A stretch of DNA of 64,000 nt from Candidatus Peribacteria bacterium (GTDB taxonomy: Bacteria > Patescibacteriota > Gracilibacteria > Peribacterales > Peribacteraceae): assembly GCA_023245775.1 (NCBI GenBank), contig JAHFJR010000003.1:3608-67607 (forward strand), given 5' to 3'. Shown piece after piece: positions 17,123 through 28,269 of this stretch; position 1 is the first letter of the stretch; every line of letters starts with the position of its first letter. The notes under the pieces were generated by a model. It saw only the letters and a program-made list of their open reading frames with translations, did not search any database and had not been told where the DNA came from. Both the position numbers and the translations under genes were made by a program.

Positions 17123-17483
17123 CGGCAAGGAAAGGTGTTGCCGCGGCAAAGACGATAGCTGCGACGCTCCCATCGTAGGTATGAGAACTCTGATTTCTCG
17201 ACGTGCGGTAGTCGAACCACTTCTCGACGTTCTCAATGTAGCCTCGCTCGGAGGCTGTTCTGAGAAGATTGTTATAGCCCATCTGGTCAACGAGATCGCC
17301 ATGTTGTATCTCGAGGATGCGTTTCATGAAGCGAAGAGCCAGCTCATGAGAGTACTCGAATCGCTGGATCACGCCATCACGTACAATTTCGCTCTTCGGT
17401 TCTGCTTCTGCCGCCTTCAAGCCTTCCTGCAGTTGCTCCAGAGCATTCTTCAATGCGGTCAGATCAAGTGGTGGCATGGTCAC
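17079..17483 (-). CDS. HEPN-domain protein, nucleotidyltransferase substrate-binding subunit (HI0074 family toxin)
   Basis: DGVIQRFEYSHELALRFMKR and RNQSSHTYD (Rx4-6H HEPN motif). Gene order and overlap are typical of HEPN-MNT modules. Confidence 0.8.
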   Translation of the reverse strand: MTMPPLDLTALKNALEQLQEGLKAAEAEPKSEIVRDGVIQRFEYSHELALRFMKRILEIQHGDLVDQMGYNNLLRTASERGYIENVEKWFDYRTSRNQSSHTYDGSVAAIVFAAATPFLADALFLLKRLEERSA

Positions 17484-17553
17484 AGTCTAGCCTATGCCCC
17501 CTTTTTGTGCATCAGTACGTCCAAGCACTCCGAAAAAGTCCCCTCTTAGACCC

Positions 17554-17582
17554 TTGTATTTTTCGATCTTGATGGCTACAAT
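17554..17582 (+). promoter_or_regulatory. Putative promoter TTGTAT-N17-TACAAT upstream of atpD
   Basis: Hexamers at 17554-17559 and 17577-17582. This would leave a ~60-nt C/U-rich leader before the ATG at 17648. Confidence 0.4.
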
Positions 17583-17596
17583 CGCGCGAAATTTGA

Positions 17597-19101
<1,505 letters not shown>

Positions 19102-19521
19102 GTGCACGTTGAACTCATCACATCAGAGGGCAGTGCCTACAGTGGAGACGCTGTCTCTGTCACGCTGCCGAGCGGCATGGGGGAAATCACCGTTCTTGCC
19201 AATCATATTCCGCTCCTCTCCACTGTCGAACCGGGCACGGTGATCATCCGTACGGGCAAAGAAGACCTCCTTTTTGCAGTATCGCGTGGCGTTGTACAGG
19301 TGGAGGATTCCGCCGTTCGCATTCTTTCCGATATCGCCGATCGTGCAGAAGGTTTGGAGGAGGAGACGATCGAGCTCGCAAAGAAGAGGGCCGAAGACCT
19401 CAAGGATGCACGTCGTGGTGATCGTGAAGGATTCGCCGAGGCCCAAGCCACGCTCGAACGCGAGCTCGCACGCCTCACGAGTATTCGTCGTCTCCGCTCG
19501 CATCGACGTCAGAGAGTCTAA
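19102..19521 (+). CDS. atpC: F1 ATP synthase epsilon subunit
   Basis: 139 aa with GTG start. N-terminal beta-sandwich pattern (ITVLANHIPLLS) and a C-terminal helical region. Lies downstream of atpD. Confidence 0.9.
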   Translation: MHVELITSEGSAYSGDAVSVTLPSGMGEITVLANHIPLLSTVEPGTVIIRTGKEDLLFAVSRGVVQVEDSAVRILSDIADRAEGLEEETIELAKKRAEDLKDARRGDREGFAEAQATLERELARLTSIRRLRSHRRQRV

Positions 19522-19527
19522 TGGTTC

Positions 19528-19893
19528 TTGTGTATGCTTTCTTCCACACCTCCATCATCGGCGCCGAAAGAACCCGTGCAGGACGTGTCTCCGAAAGACA
19601 GTTTTGTCCTTGGTATCGGATTTGCCTGGGAGCTTGGGTATACCATTGCCATTCCCGCTGTTCTTTTTGGTATTGGCGGCGCATATCTTGACAAGTATCT
19701 GGATGTGTCACCGCTCTTCCTACTGATCGGCATGCTTCTTGCATGTGTCATTTCTTTTTCAATCATCGCGGACAAACTCAGGATGATTGCGAGGAGAATG
19801 CCGAAGGATCTTCCAAGGAAAGTGCCGGTGACCCCCAAAGAACATCAGGAACAACAGGAGATTCATGATCTCTTCCGTCCACCACACTCATGA
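19528..19893 (+). CDS. AtpZ/AtpI-like small membrane protein of ATP synthase operons
   Basis: Two TM helices with GFAWELGYTIAIPAVLFGIGGAYLDKYLDVSPLFLLIG. Its stop overlaps the atpB ATG (ATGA at 19890). Confidence 0.7.
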   Translation: MCMLSSTPPSSAPKEPVQDVSPKDSFVLGIGFAWELGYTIAIPAVLFGIGGAYLDKYLDVSPLFLLIGMLLACVISFSIIADKLRMIARRMPKDLPRKVPVTPKEHQEQQEIHDLFRPPHS

Positions 19894-20696
19894 ATGCTGT
19901 TGCTATTTCACTGGCATCCGAAGCCGTCGGGTCCGTTGGAGGTTTCGAGATCAGGAATACCATGCTCATGGCATGGCTTGCGATGGGGGTTCTGTTCCTT
20001 CTTGCGTTCTGCATTCGTCGCACGGGCTACCGGCTCATGCCCGGACGTTTTCAGGCGCTGATCGAACTGGTGGTGAGCGGCCTCTATGATCTCTTCGCTT
20101 CCATCGTGCAGGATGATCGTATGGCTCGGAAATTCTTCCCTCTCACTGCAAGCATTTTTATCTTCATCATCATCGGCAACTGGATGGGCATTCTCCCGGG
20201 GGTGGGTAGCATCACGATCCAAGGGATGCATGAGGGGTATATGCAGGCGATTCCTCTGTTTCGGTCCATGAATGCGGATGTCAACATGACCCTTGCCATC
20301 GCCGTTTTCGCCATCGCAAGCGTCCAATTCTTCGGTGTGTGGGCTCTCGGTTTTAGGTCGTATGGTTCCAAATTCGTTGCGGCGCCTTGGAAACACCCCA
20401 TTCAGATGTTCGTGGGATCCCTCGAAATGGTCGGTGAACTGTCGCGCATCGTCTCCTTCACCTTCCGTCTCTTCGGAAACATTTTTGCCGGAGAAGTGCT
20501 TCTGCTCGTCATTTCGTATCTCGTACCGTATCTTGCGCCGGTTCCTTTTCTCGCCATGGAACTGTTCGTCGGTCTTATTCAGGGTCTTGTGTTCGCGCTG
20601 CTGACCGCGGTGTTCTTGAAGATTGCGATTACGGAACACGAAGCGCATGCCGATCATGATGGCCATGATATGGGCACAGCCGCCCCCTCGTTCTAG
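19890..20696 (+). CDS. atpB: Fo ATP synthase subunit a
   Basis: Conserved FRLFGNIFAGE (essential Arg) and a polytopic profile. Confidence 0.95.
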   Translation: MNAVAISLASEAVGSVGGFEIRNTMLMAWLAMGVLFLLAFCIRRTGYRLMPGRFQALIELVVSGLYDLFASIVQDDRMARKFFPLTASIFIFIIIGNWMGILPGVGSITIQGMHEGYMQAIPLFRSMNADVNMTLAIAVFAIASVQFFGVWALGFRSYGSKFVAAPWKHPIQMFVGSLEMVGELSRIVSFTFRLFGNIFAGEVLLLVISYLVPYLAPVPFLAMELFVGLIQGLVFALLTAVFLKIAITEHEAHADHDGHDMGTAAPSF

Positions 20697-20990
<294 letters not shown>

Positions 20991-21011
20991 TTCTTTTTCC
21001 TCTTTCTTCCC

Positions 21012-21521
21012 ATGGGAGATCTCGTCCATGCCCTTGGCATCCAGTGGTCTGCGTTGATCGCGCAGATGGTCAACTTTTCCATTCTGATCTTCGTTCTCGC
21101 AAAATTCGTCTATAAGCCTGTTCTGAAGGTGATCGATGATCGTCGCGATACCATCGCCGCGTCACTGGAGAAAGCGAAGGAAATCGATCAGCATAAAGAA
21201 CGTATCGATGCTGAGCGCGTGGCCATTCTTCGCAAGGCGGACGAAGAAGCTGCAGCACTCCTCGAACGAGCGAAGCTCGAGTCCGAAGCGCTCCGAGTGG
21301 ATGTGGAGAAGGTGGCACGTGCTCAGGCTGCGCAGCTCGTGACCAAAGGAATGGAGCAACTCGAACATGAGCGAGCGAGCATGGTGCGCGAGCTGCAGAA
21401 TAAACTCGCTCATGCGATTGTGCTGTCTGCCGAGAAGATCCTCCGTCGTGAATTTTCGAAAGAGGATCAAGCGAGTTTTGAGGATGAGCTCAAGCAGAAT
21501 CTTCCCTCCATGCTGTCATGA
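21012..21521 (+). CDS. atpF: Fo ATP synthase subunit b
   Basis: N-terminal TM segment followed by a long charged helix, in the expected operon position. Confidence 0.9.
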   Translation: MGDLVHALGIQWSALIAQMVNFSILIFVLAKFVYKPVLKVIDDRRDTIAASLEKAKEIDQHKERIDAERVAILRKADEEAAALLERAKLESEALRVDVEKVARAQAAQLVTKGMEQLEHERASMVRELQNKLAHAIVLSAEKILRREFSKEDQASFEDELKQNLPSMLS

Positions 21522-21627
21522 TACGGCTCTGCGATTCCATCATTGGGTATGCTTCATCTTTGCTGCCACTCATAGCGGTGAAGCGATATCGCTACGCCGA
21601 TATTTGTGATGCGTATGGAGAACATAC

Positions 21628-22056
21628 TTGTTACCTTTTTCGCGAAACCGTATGAGATTGAAGCCTAAGGACATCGCGCGTTCCCTCGTCGATACGGTGG
21701 CGGTCTCGCCCCATGTCTCGGTCGATAACGCATGTCTCAGCGCCATCACCCTCCTGAAGCGCTCGTGTCCGGGCATCACCAACCGCGAGTTCCTAAGGCT
21801 CGTGGAGCACGAAGTTAAAAAACAAGGAGCGACCGCATCTGGTCTCCTTGTGGTTCCGACCGAGCACTCCCTAAAATCCGAATCGATCGCACCGCTCCTC
21901 GCAGAGAAGACCGGAAAAACCGTTCATCTGGAGCGAAGCGTCGAACCTGAATTGATCGGAGGAGCCGTCCTCCTCATCGATCATCGCCGTATCGATTGCA
22001 GCATTCAGGGAGCTCTCGCTACTCTGCTGCGCACGTGTCTCCTTCCACTCGATTAA
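21628..22056 (+). CDS. atpH: F1 ATP synthase delta subunit (OSCP), short form
   Basis: Lies between atpF and atpA. C-terminal [22 protein letters not shown] matches the delta signature (GG...D.S). The start is uncertain (TTG at 21628 or ATG at 21652). Confidence 0.8.
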   Translation: MLPFSRNRMRLKPKDIARSLVDTVAVSPHVSVDNACLSAITLLKRSCPGITNREFLRLVEHEVKKQGATASGLLVVPTEHSLKSESIAPLLAEKTGKTVHLERSVEPELIGGAVLLIDHRRIDCSIQGALATLLRTCLLPLD

Positions 22057-22082
22057 TTCCTTCGTATTCCCTACCCACCCAC

Positions 22083-23651
22083 ATGTCCCTCTCCACCAAT
22101 CTCATCAAGACGCTCGAGGAACGCATTGCACAGTACAAGCCTGACGTTGCGGCCGAGCACGTTGGTAGCGTGGTCCAAGTCGGGGACGGTATCGCAAAGA
22201 TCGCAGGACTGACGACCATCGGTTCCGGAGAAATGATCGACTTCGGTCATGGTGTCATCGGCAGTGCGCTGAACCTCGAAGAGGAACTTGTCGGTGCCGT
22301 GATCTACGGGGATTACACGTTGGTGAGTGAAGGCGACACGGTGAAGGCTCTCGGGCGTGTGCTCTCGGTTCCTGTAGGCAATGCGCTCCTTGGGCGAGTT
22401 GTTTCAGCCCTTGGACAAGCCAAAGACAACGGCCCAGCTCTCAAGCTCGAGATGCACTACCCGATCGAGAAAGTCGCTGCAGGTGTCATCGAACGCAAAT
22501 CGGTGACGGTGCCTCTGCAGACCGGCATCACCGCCATCGACTCCATGATCCCCATCGGTCGTGGTCAGCGTGAACTCATCATCGGCGATCGTCAGACCGG
22601 AAAGACGGCTGTCGCCATCGATGCCATCCTGAATCAGAAGAAGACACAGGGAACCGACAGGCCTGTGATCTGCATCTATGTTGCCATTGGTCAGAAGGAG
22701 GCGAAGGTCGCTCGGATCGTCGCTGAGCTCGAGAAGCACGGAGCGATGGACTACACGATCGTCGTCAGCGCTTCGGCCTCAGAGCCGGCAGCACTCTCCT
22801 ACATAGCACCCTTTGCAGGGACAGCAATGGGCGAGTACTTCGTGGACCAGGGCAAGGACGTGCTCATTGTCTACGATGACCTCAGTCGTCAGGCGTGGGC
22901 GTATCGTCAGATTTCACTCTTGCTTCGCAGACCGCCGGGACGCGAGGCCTACCCCGGTGATGTCTTCTACCTCCACTCTCGTTTGCTCGAGCGCGCAGTG
23001 TGTCTCGATGAGAAGCATGGAGGCGGTTCGCTCACGGCTCTTCCCATCATCGAGACACAGGCTGGTGACATCGCCGCGTACATTCCGACGAACGTCATCA
23101 GCATCACCGATGGCCAGATTTTCCTCGAAGCCGACCTCTTCTACAAAGGTATTCGTCCTGCGGTGAACGTTGGTACATCTGTCTCGCGTGTAGGGTCCGC
23201 AGCGCAGCGAAAATCCATGAAGAAAGTGGCGGGAAAACTGCGTCTGGATCTCGCACAGTACCGTGAGCTTGCGGTGTTCGCGCAGTTCGGATCCGACCTC
23301 GATGCTGCGACGAAGAAGCAGCTGGACCGAGGCGCCAGACTCACGGAAATCCTGAAGCAGAACCAATGTGAACCCCTGTCGGTTGGTGAACAGGTCTCAC
23401 TTCTCTATGTCGCTGTGAACGGACACCTCGATGAAGTGCCGGTTGCAGACATCAAGACGTTTGCAGATACATTTTTGAAGCATCTTCGCGAGAAACACTT
23501 CGACCTTCTGAAAATTCTCGATCTGGAACTGACGAAGGAGGCGGAAGAGCAATTGCAACGCCTCATCACCGCGGAGAGAACAAAAGCCTATCCGCCGAAG
23601 ATCGAAGAGCCGAAGAAAGAAGTTGTTGTTCAGAAAGGGAAAAAGAATTAA
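22083..23651 (+). CDS. atpA: F1 ATP synthase alpha subunit
   Basis: Walker [10 protein letters not shown] plus the alpha signature. ATG at 22083. Has a short Lys/Glu-rich C-terminal extension. Confidence 0.97.
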   Translation: MSLSTNLIKTLEERIAQYKPDVAAEHVGSVVQVGDGIAKIAGLTTIGSGEMIDFGHGVIGSALNLEEELVGAVIYGDYTLVSEGDTVKALGRVLSVPVGNALLGRVVSALGQAKDNGPALKLEMHYPIEKVAAGVIERKSVTVPLQTGITAIDSMIPIGRGQRELIIGDRQTGKTAVAIDAILNQKKTQGTDRPVICIYVAIGQKEAKVARIVAELEKHGAMDYTIVVSASASEPAALSYIAPFAGTAMGEYFVDQGKDVLIVYDDLSRQAWAYRQISLLLRRPPGREAYPGDVFYLHSRLLERAVCLDEKHGGGSLTALPIIETQAGDIAAYIPTNVISITDGQIFLEADLFYKGIRPAVNVGTSVSRVGSAAQRKSMKKVAGKLRLDLAQYRELAVFAQFGSDLDAATKKQLDRGARLTEILKQNQCEPLSVGEQVSLLYVAVNGHLDEVPVADIKTFADTFLKHLREKHFDLLKILDLELTKEAEEQLQRLITAERTKAYPPKIEEPKKEVVVQKGKKN

Positions 23652-23683
23652 GAATTAGGAAGTAAGAATTAAGAATTAAGAAA
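23641..23683 (+). repeat. Left arm of an inverted heptamer array ((A)AGAATT units) overlapping the atpA stop
   Basis: AAAAGAATTAAGAATTAGGAAGTAAGAATTAAGAATTAAGAAA, imperfectly complementary to 23768-23805. Confidence 0.85.
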
Positions 23684-23767
23684 TCCTTCCTCAATGATCA
23701 CTGCACAGTTTTCCTTCATTCTTCTGCCCCTGATCACAACATGACCTTCAATTGTATCTTTGCATCA

Positions 23768-23805
23768 TTCTTAATTCCTAATTCTTAATTCCTAATTCTT
23801 CCTTC
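23768..23805 (+). repeat. Right arm of the inverted heptamer array (TTCTTAA/TTCCTAA units) abutting the atpG GTG start
   Basis: TTCTTAATTCCTAATTCTTAATTCCTAATTCTTCCTTC. The two arms flank an ~84-nt spacer. Confidence 0.85.
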
Positions 23806-24741
23806 GTGGCACGTTCCCTCCGCGATATCCGGCGCAAGATGAAGGCGATCAAGTCCACAAGGCAGGTAACCAAAGCCATGGAACTAGTCGCCGCCTCGAA
23901 GATGAGAAAGGCCGTGCAGCATGCGCAGGCGCTGCGTCGCTACGCCCTCCATGCATGGGAAATCCTTCTCAGTATCGGTCGCAGCCATGCCAGCGATCAT
24001 CCCTTCATCGTGCAACGCAAAGTGAAGAGGGTTCTTGGCATTGTCTTCACGTCTGATCGAGGCCTCTGCGGCAGTTTGAATGCGCAGCTTCTGCGTTCGC
24101 TCCAGCAGTACATCAAGACGGTGTCGGTGCTTGGCACATTTCAGTCGATGGACTTCATTACGGTTGGCAGGAAAGGCCACCAGATGCTGACGCGTCAAGG
24201 CAAGACGGTCGTTGCGACCTTCCCCTCGCTCAGCAATCATCCAACGATCAAAGACGTGCTCCCGATCGCCCGTCTCGCGATCGATGATTTCAAGAAGGGA
24301 ACGTACGACCATGTCGTGCTCGTCTACACCGATTTCATTTCGCCCATTCTGCAGCAGGCCTCCGTGAAGGTGCTTCTGCCGTTCTCCCCGAGCGAAGTGC
24401 GCGAAGTGGTTTCGCATATTGCCGAGCGCAGAAGGCAGACCAAGGAAGAGCAGGAGATCTATCATTCTTCGATGCGCAAAGGACAGGAGTACCTCTTCGA
24501 ACCGACCCCCGAGGAAGTGTTGGATGTCATCCTGCCTCAGCTTACGGAGGTGCAGGTGTTTCAAGCGGTGCTCGAGTCGGTTGCCTCGGAGCATTCGGCG
24601 CGTATGCTCGCGATGCACAATGCCACTGACAGTGCATCCGAGATCCTCGATGATATTACCCTCGTCTATAACCAAACTCGTCAGGCGAATATCACGGGTG
24701 AATTGGCTGAGTTGTCTGCTGGAGCTGCAGCATTGGGATAG
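23806..24741 (+). CDS. atpG: F1 ATP synthase gamma subunit
   Basis: N-terminus MARSLRDIRRKMKAIKSTRQVTKAMELVAASKMRKA and C-terminus ITGELAELSAGAAAL, both typical of gamma. GTG start. Confidence 0.95.
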   Translation: MARSLRDIRRKMKAIKSTRQVTKAMELVAASKMRKAVQHAQALRRYALHAWEILLSIGRSHASDHPFIVQRKVKRVLGIVFTSDRGLCGSLNAQLLRSLQQYIKTVSVLGTFQSMDFITVGRKGHQMLTRQGKTVVATFPSLSNHPTIKDVLPIARLAIDDFKKGTYDHVVLVYTDFISPILQQASVKVLLPFSPSEVREVVSHIAERRRQTKEEQEIYHSSMRKGQEYLFEPTPEEVLDVILPQLTEVQVFQAVLESVASEHSARMLAMHNATDSASEILDDITLVYNQTRQANITGELAELSAGAAALG

Positions 24742-24762
24742 GAACAGCCCTCATCCTCTTGT

Positions 24763-24840
24763 CCTTCTCCATAAAAATGGAGAAGGAAGCTCTGCAGTGA
24801 TGAATCCTAAGATTCCTCTCTCCATTTTTATGGAGAGAGG
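24763..24840 (+). repeat. Two related perfect palindromes downstream of atpG (core CTCCAT-N4-ATGGAG)
   Basis: CCTTCTCCAT-AAAA-ATGGAGAAGG at 24763-24786 and CCTCTCTCCAT-TTTT-ATGGAGAGAGG at 24815-24840. Neither is followed by a U tract. Confidence 0.8.
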
Positions 24841-24904
24841 TGCCCCGCAGGGAGGAGTGAGGGCTGTCTGCAGTCTTTCGATTATTCCTTAAGCCCTCTA
24901 ACCT

Positions 24905-25546
24905 ATGCCCATGCTTTTCCTTCACTCCCTCCTCGATCTCTTCCTGCATATTGATACGCATCTCGGTTCTGTATTACAGGAGTACGGAGCCCTGACGTAT
25001 GCCATTCTCTTCCTCATCATCTTCTGTGAGACGGGGCTCGTCGTCACACCGTTTCTGCCTGGAGATTCACTCCTCTTTGCCGCGGGCGCATTTGCAGGAA
25101 GAGGAGACCTAGAGATTGCGATTCTTCTTCTTTCTCTAAGCATCGCGGCCATTTTCGGCGATTTCCTGAACTTCTCGATTGGTTCTCGCATCGGACAGGC
25201 TGTGTATACGTGGAATTCTCCTTGGATCAAACGTGAGCATCTGCTGAAAACACAGGCGTTCTTTGATTCTCACGGCGGCAAGGCCATCGTCATCGCGCGC
25301 TTCATGCCCATCATCCGAACCTTTGCTCCGTTCGTTGCCGGTGCCGGAAAGATGTCCTACCCGCATTTCTTCAGATACAACATCATCGGAGGGTTGTTCT
25401 GGGTCTTCCTCTTCTGCGGGGGTGGTTACTTCTTCGGATCGTTGCCGTTCGTCGAGAAGAATTTCAGCCTTGTCATTCTCGTGATTATTTTCCTCTCCGT
25501 TCTTCCCGGAGTCGTGGGTTGGGTGAGGGGACGTCTTCAGCAGTAA
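24905..25546 (+). CDS. dedA: DedA family membrane protein
   Basis: VVTPFLPGDSLLFAAG and ARFMPIIRTFAPFVAG motifs. Confidence 0.9.
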   Translation: MPMLFLHSLLDLFLHIDTHLGSVLQEYGALTYAILFLIIFCETGLVVTPFLPGDSLLFAAGAFAGRGDLEIAILLLSLSIAAIFGDFLNFSIGSRIGQAVYTWNSPWIKREHLLKTQAFFDSHGGKAIVIARFMPIIRTFAPFVAGAGKMSYPHFFRYNIIGGLFWVFLFCGGGYFFGSLPFVEKNFSLVILVIIFLSVLPGVVGWVRGRLQQ

Positions 25547-26967
25547 CATTCACGATGTTTCCCATTGAGCAATGACTCAGCGAGAACCATCACCAGCAGC
25601 ATCGCGATCGGTGCGATGTGGAGGAGCCCTCGACTCAGCCCGGTTTGCATGATGGCTTCCGTTGCGAGCGGTGTGAACGTGAAGATCAGGAACTGCGCAG
25701 TGATCGCAGCGAAGAGGAAGACGGTCAGCACTCCTTCTGGCAATCGGAAGGCGCGTTTTCCAGAGAGAAGAAGAGTGAGAGGAAGAACGAACGGGAGCAG
25801 GAGCCAATTTGGTTCATGGCTCAGGTGATACCAGATGGCACCGGGGACAGCCGGATGGAAGGCGATGTGCATACCACTCACAGACTTTGCATTGCCGAAG
25901 CTGAGACCATGGAACCACTTGAAGAGAATCCACGGAGCCCCAATACAAGCGACAATCAAGAAGCTTGTTCCAAGAAGTTTCCGTACAGATTCTGCATCGA
26001 TACTGTTGTTTTTTTTCTTCGAGAGCATGATGAAGATCAGGAGGAAGAGAAGAAGTGGAGCATACAGAACGGATGCTTCATTCTTGGTGAATAGCAGTAT
26101 CCCAATGGCGAAGCCCGAGAGTTTCATCCAGGTTGATAGCTCAGGAAGCTCTTGTGCTTGGGCTGATCGATACACGCACATCATCGCAAGAAAGAGGTGG
26201 GCTGCTAGGAAGATATCAGCATATGGGTTCATAGCTTGGATCAGAAAGAGTGGGAGTGAGATGAGGAGACAGACACCACCGAGGCTGAGCAGCGGCGAGA
26301 GTCGACGACGGAGCGCGAAGTAGAATGAGCCGATCAGTCCGACGAGCCAAATGATGTGGAGCCCATTGATGAGCGGTTCTTGCCATGATCCTCGCAGAAC
26401 CGAGAGCCACGTTTTGAGGAGAGGCACGGAGGGGGGATATGAGCTCACCCCGTCTGATGGTTGCACGAGGCCATTGCCAATCGGGATCTCGAGGACGAGT
26501 TTCTGATGGAAGAAGAACATTTTCCCACGCATATTCCAGTTGTTGAATGAGTCGTCCCAGGAGGTTGGAACCGAAATCAGATCGTACGTTCCTGCAAGGA
26601 CTTTCATCCCCGCCCAGACTGAGAGTAGGAGAATCAGACAGACAAGAAAACGCGAGAGTGGAGCAGACTGCGCGTAGAAAATCTTGGCATGTCGGACCTG
26701 AAGGGCATGTGTGCGTTGTGCCACGAAGAGAAGCAGACTCAGCACGAGGAGCAGAGGAATGAGAAAGCCGAAGAGATTCAGCTTCGTGAGGCCTAGTACC
26801 TGTGATAGGAAGACGATCAGCGTGAAGAGTGTTGGTCCAAGAATCAGTGCCCAGAACATGCGTTCGGTTCGTCCGAGAACAGGATGATTCTTCTCGAGGA
26901 TCAAGAGGAGAACCCATCCGAGGAGTGTGGGGAGCGCGAGAGCGAGAAGGAAGGTGAGGAGGTTCAT
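25537..26967 (-). CDS. Polytopic membrane protein (possibly a GT-C-type glycosyltransferase, PMT/ArnT-like)
   Basis: 476 aa with more than 10 hydrophobic segments and a large loop. The functional family is not verifiable by eye. Confidence 0.7.
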   Translation of the reverse strand: MNLLTFLLALALPTLLGWVLLLILEKNHPVLGRTERMFWALILGPTLFTLIVFLSQVLGLTKLNLFGFLIPLLLVLSLLLFVAQRTHALQVRHAKIFYAQSAPLSRFLVCLILLLSVWAGMKVLAGTYDLISVPTSWDDSFNNWNMRGKMFFFHQKLVLEIPIGNGLVQPSDGVSSYPPSVPLLKTWLSVLRGSWQEPLINGLHIIWLVGLIGSFYFALRRRLSPLLSLGGVCLLISLPLFLIQAMNPYADIFLAAHLFLAMMCVYRSAQAQELPELSTWMKLSGFAIGILLFTKNEASVLYAPLLLFLLIFIMLSKKKNNSIDAESVRKLLGTSFLIVACIGAPWILFKWFHGLSFGNAKSVSGMHIAFHPAVPGAIWYHLSHEPNWLLLPFVLPLTLLLSGKRAFRLPEGVLTVFLFAAITAQFLIFTFTPLATEAIMQTGLSRGLLHIAPIAMLLVMVLAESLLNGKHRECYC

Positions 26968-28151
26968 TGTTGGGTGGGGGCTGAAATGTTCATTGTTGCT
27001 GGCTCGTTGCTCCGGAAGACGAAAGAGCGTTCATCGAATCGTCCGAGAATCTTTCCAGGTCCCGTGACAGGGAGTCCATCGATGTTCAGTTCATTGTCTT
27101 TTGTCACCGTGACATCCGATCTCCGGTAGATCACCCACGTATCATCATGTTGCAGATCGATCCCTGGAATCGACGGATACGTGAGGTAGCGCATGTTGCC
27201 GAGGTAGGGCCACTGTTGCTCCGCGAAGAAGATGTAGCTCGTTCGATCTCTCACCAGAGGGGCTGCGAAGTCGGCGAAATCATAGAACCGGTTGCGTTCA
27301 CGAAACGTTCGTGACTCGGAGTCGACTCCGATGTACGACGACTGGTCAGCGAGAATCCAACTCAAAAATTCACTCCCCATGCGTAGGTCGAGGAAGATCC
27401 AGATGCCGAGCAGGAGCGAAGAACCGATCACCAGTGCCCGCTTCCTCGTGATCATTCTCTGCGCGGCGAACCAGAGCACGGCCGTCAGGATGGCCAGGAG
27501 CCAGAGGATGACGTACATCGCTGAAGTCGATGTGCTCGGTGGTTGGATGAAGAAGAGATCTCGTCTCGTTGCAGGATTATTGGTCAGCTGCGGTCCCCAG
27601 AGGAAGTTGATGCTGTAGTTCTCGTACCAATCGAACGTCCAGAAGGATCTCCATTCTTCCATCGTTCGCTCCAGCACGTTCAATTCGTCGAAGCGAATCT
27701 GGTGGAGCAGAATCTGCGTGTGTGGCAGAAGAATGAGGCCGATCTTCTTCGACGAATGTGACCAGCTGAGGACCTCCGAGAGCGAGACGTACGTCGTGAG
27801 TGCCTCGCCGGCAGGCAGATCGAGAGCGGTGTTGTACTGGTGCTGATCCGGATCTTTATCGTAGATCCAGGAGAGGTAGAGATGAGCCGGCGTCTCGCTA
27901 CTCACGGTGATTTCTCCCATCTGTGGTGAGAGGGTCAGCGCCGATTCTGTGATGAAGAGCCCCGTTCCCGTGGTCGAGAGCAGAATGCCCCCCGGGAGTT
28001 GCTGCATCTGGATCGCGCCTTTGCCCGACCACGTTGCGTTCACCTCGCCGGCCGCGAAATCGAACGTCTGCGATCGCATGGCGAACGCACTTGTCGGAAC
28101 GAGCAGGAGGCCGAAGATGATACTAGGCAGCAGATGCTTCACTGGCTGCAT
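26964..28151 (-). CDS. Hypothetical exported/membrane protein, translationally coupled to the downstream polytopic membrane protein
   Basis: Signal peptide MQPVKHLLPSIIFGLLLVPTSAFA and two central TM helices. Its stop overlaps the next start (ATGA-type 4-nt overlap at 26964-26967). Confidence 0.7.
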   Translation of the reverse strand: MQPVKHLLPSIIFGLLLVPTSAFAMRSQTFDFAAGEVNATWSGKGAIQMQQLPGGILLSTTGTGLFITESALTLSPQMGEITVSSETPAHLYLSWIYDKDPDQHQYNTALDLPAGEALTTYVSLSEVLSWSHSSKKIGLILLPHTQILLHQIRFDELNVLERTMEEWRSFWTFDWYENYSINFLWGPQLTNNPATRRDLFFIQPPSTSTSAMYVILWLLAILTAVLWFAAQRMITRKRALVIGSSLLLGIWIFLDLRMGSEFLSWILADQSSYIGVDSESRTFRERNRFYDFADFAAPLVRDRTSYIFFAEQQWPYLGNMRYLTYPSIPGIDLQHDDTWVIYRRSDVTVTKDNELNIDGLPVTGPGKILGRFDERSFVFRSNEPATMNISAPTQQ

Positions 28152-28199
28152 TCTAGCGTAGAATCAATCTACTTCCCCACTTCTGCTTGCCTTACATGC

Positions 28200-28229
28200 T
28201 TGCATTGCACTAACATTGTATGTACAATG
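28200..28229 (+). promoter_or_regulatory. Promoter TTGCAT-N17-TACAAT with an overlapping palindromic operator CATTGTA-TG-TACAATG
   Basis: -35 at 28200-28205, -10 at 28223-28228 and the palindrome at 28214-28229, directly upstream of the RHH antitoxin gene. Confidence 0.6.
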
Positions 28230-28269
28230 AGTGTCTATGCGATTCGTAGCGAACAAGAAGGCAGCGAAG

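Noticed and set aside
23641-23805. A CRISPR array. The other tandem repeats at 32533-32672, 15343-15374 and 30464-30517 were also considered.
   Set aside because: Repeat periods are 7, 15, 7 and 18 nt with no unique spacers. Most are in-frame coding repeats. No cas genes are present in the window.
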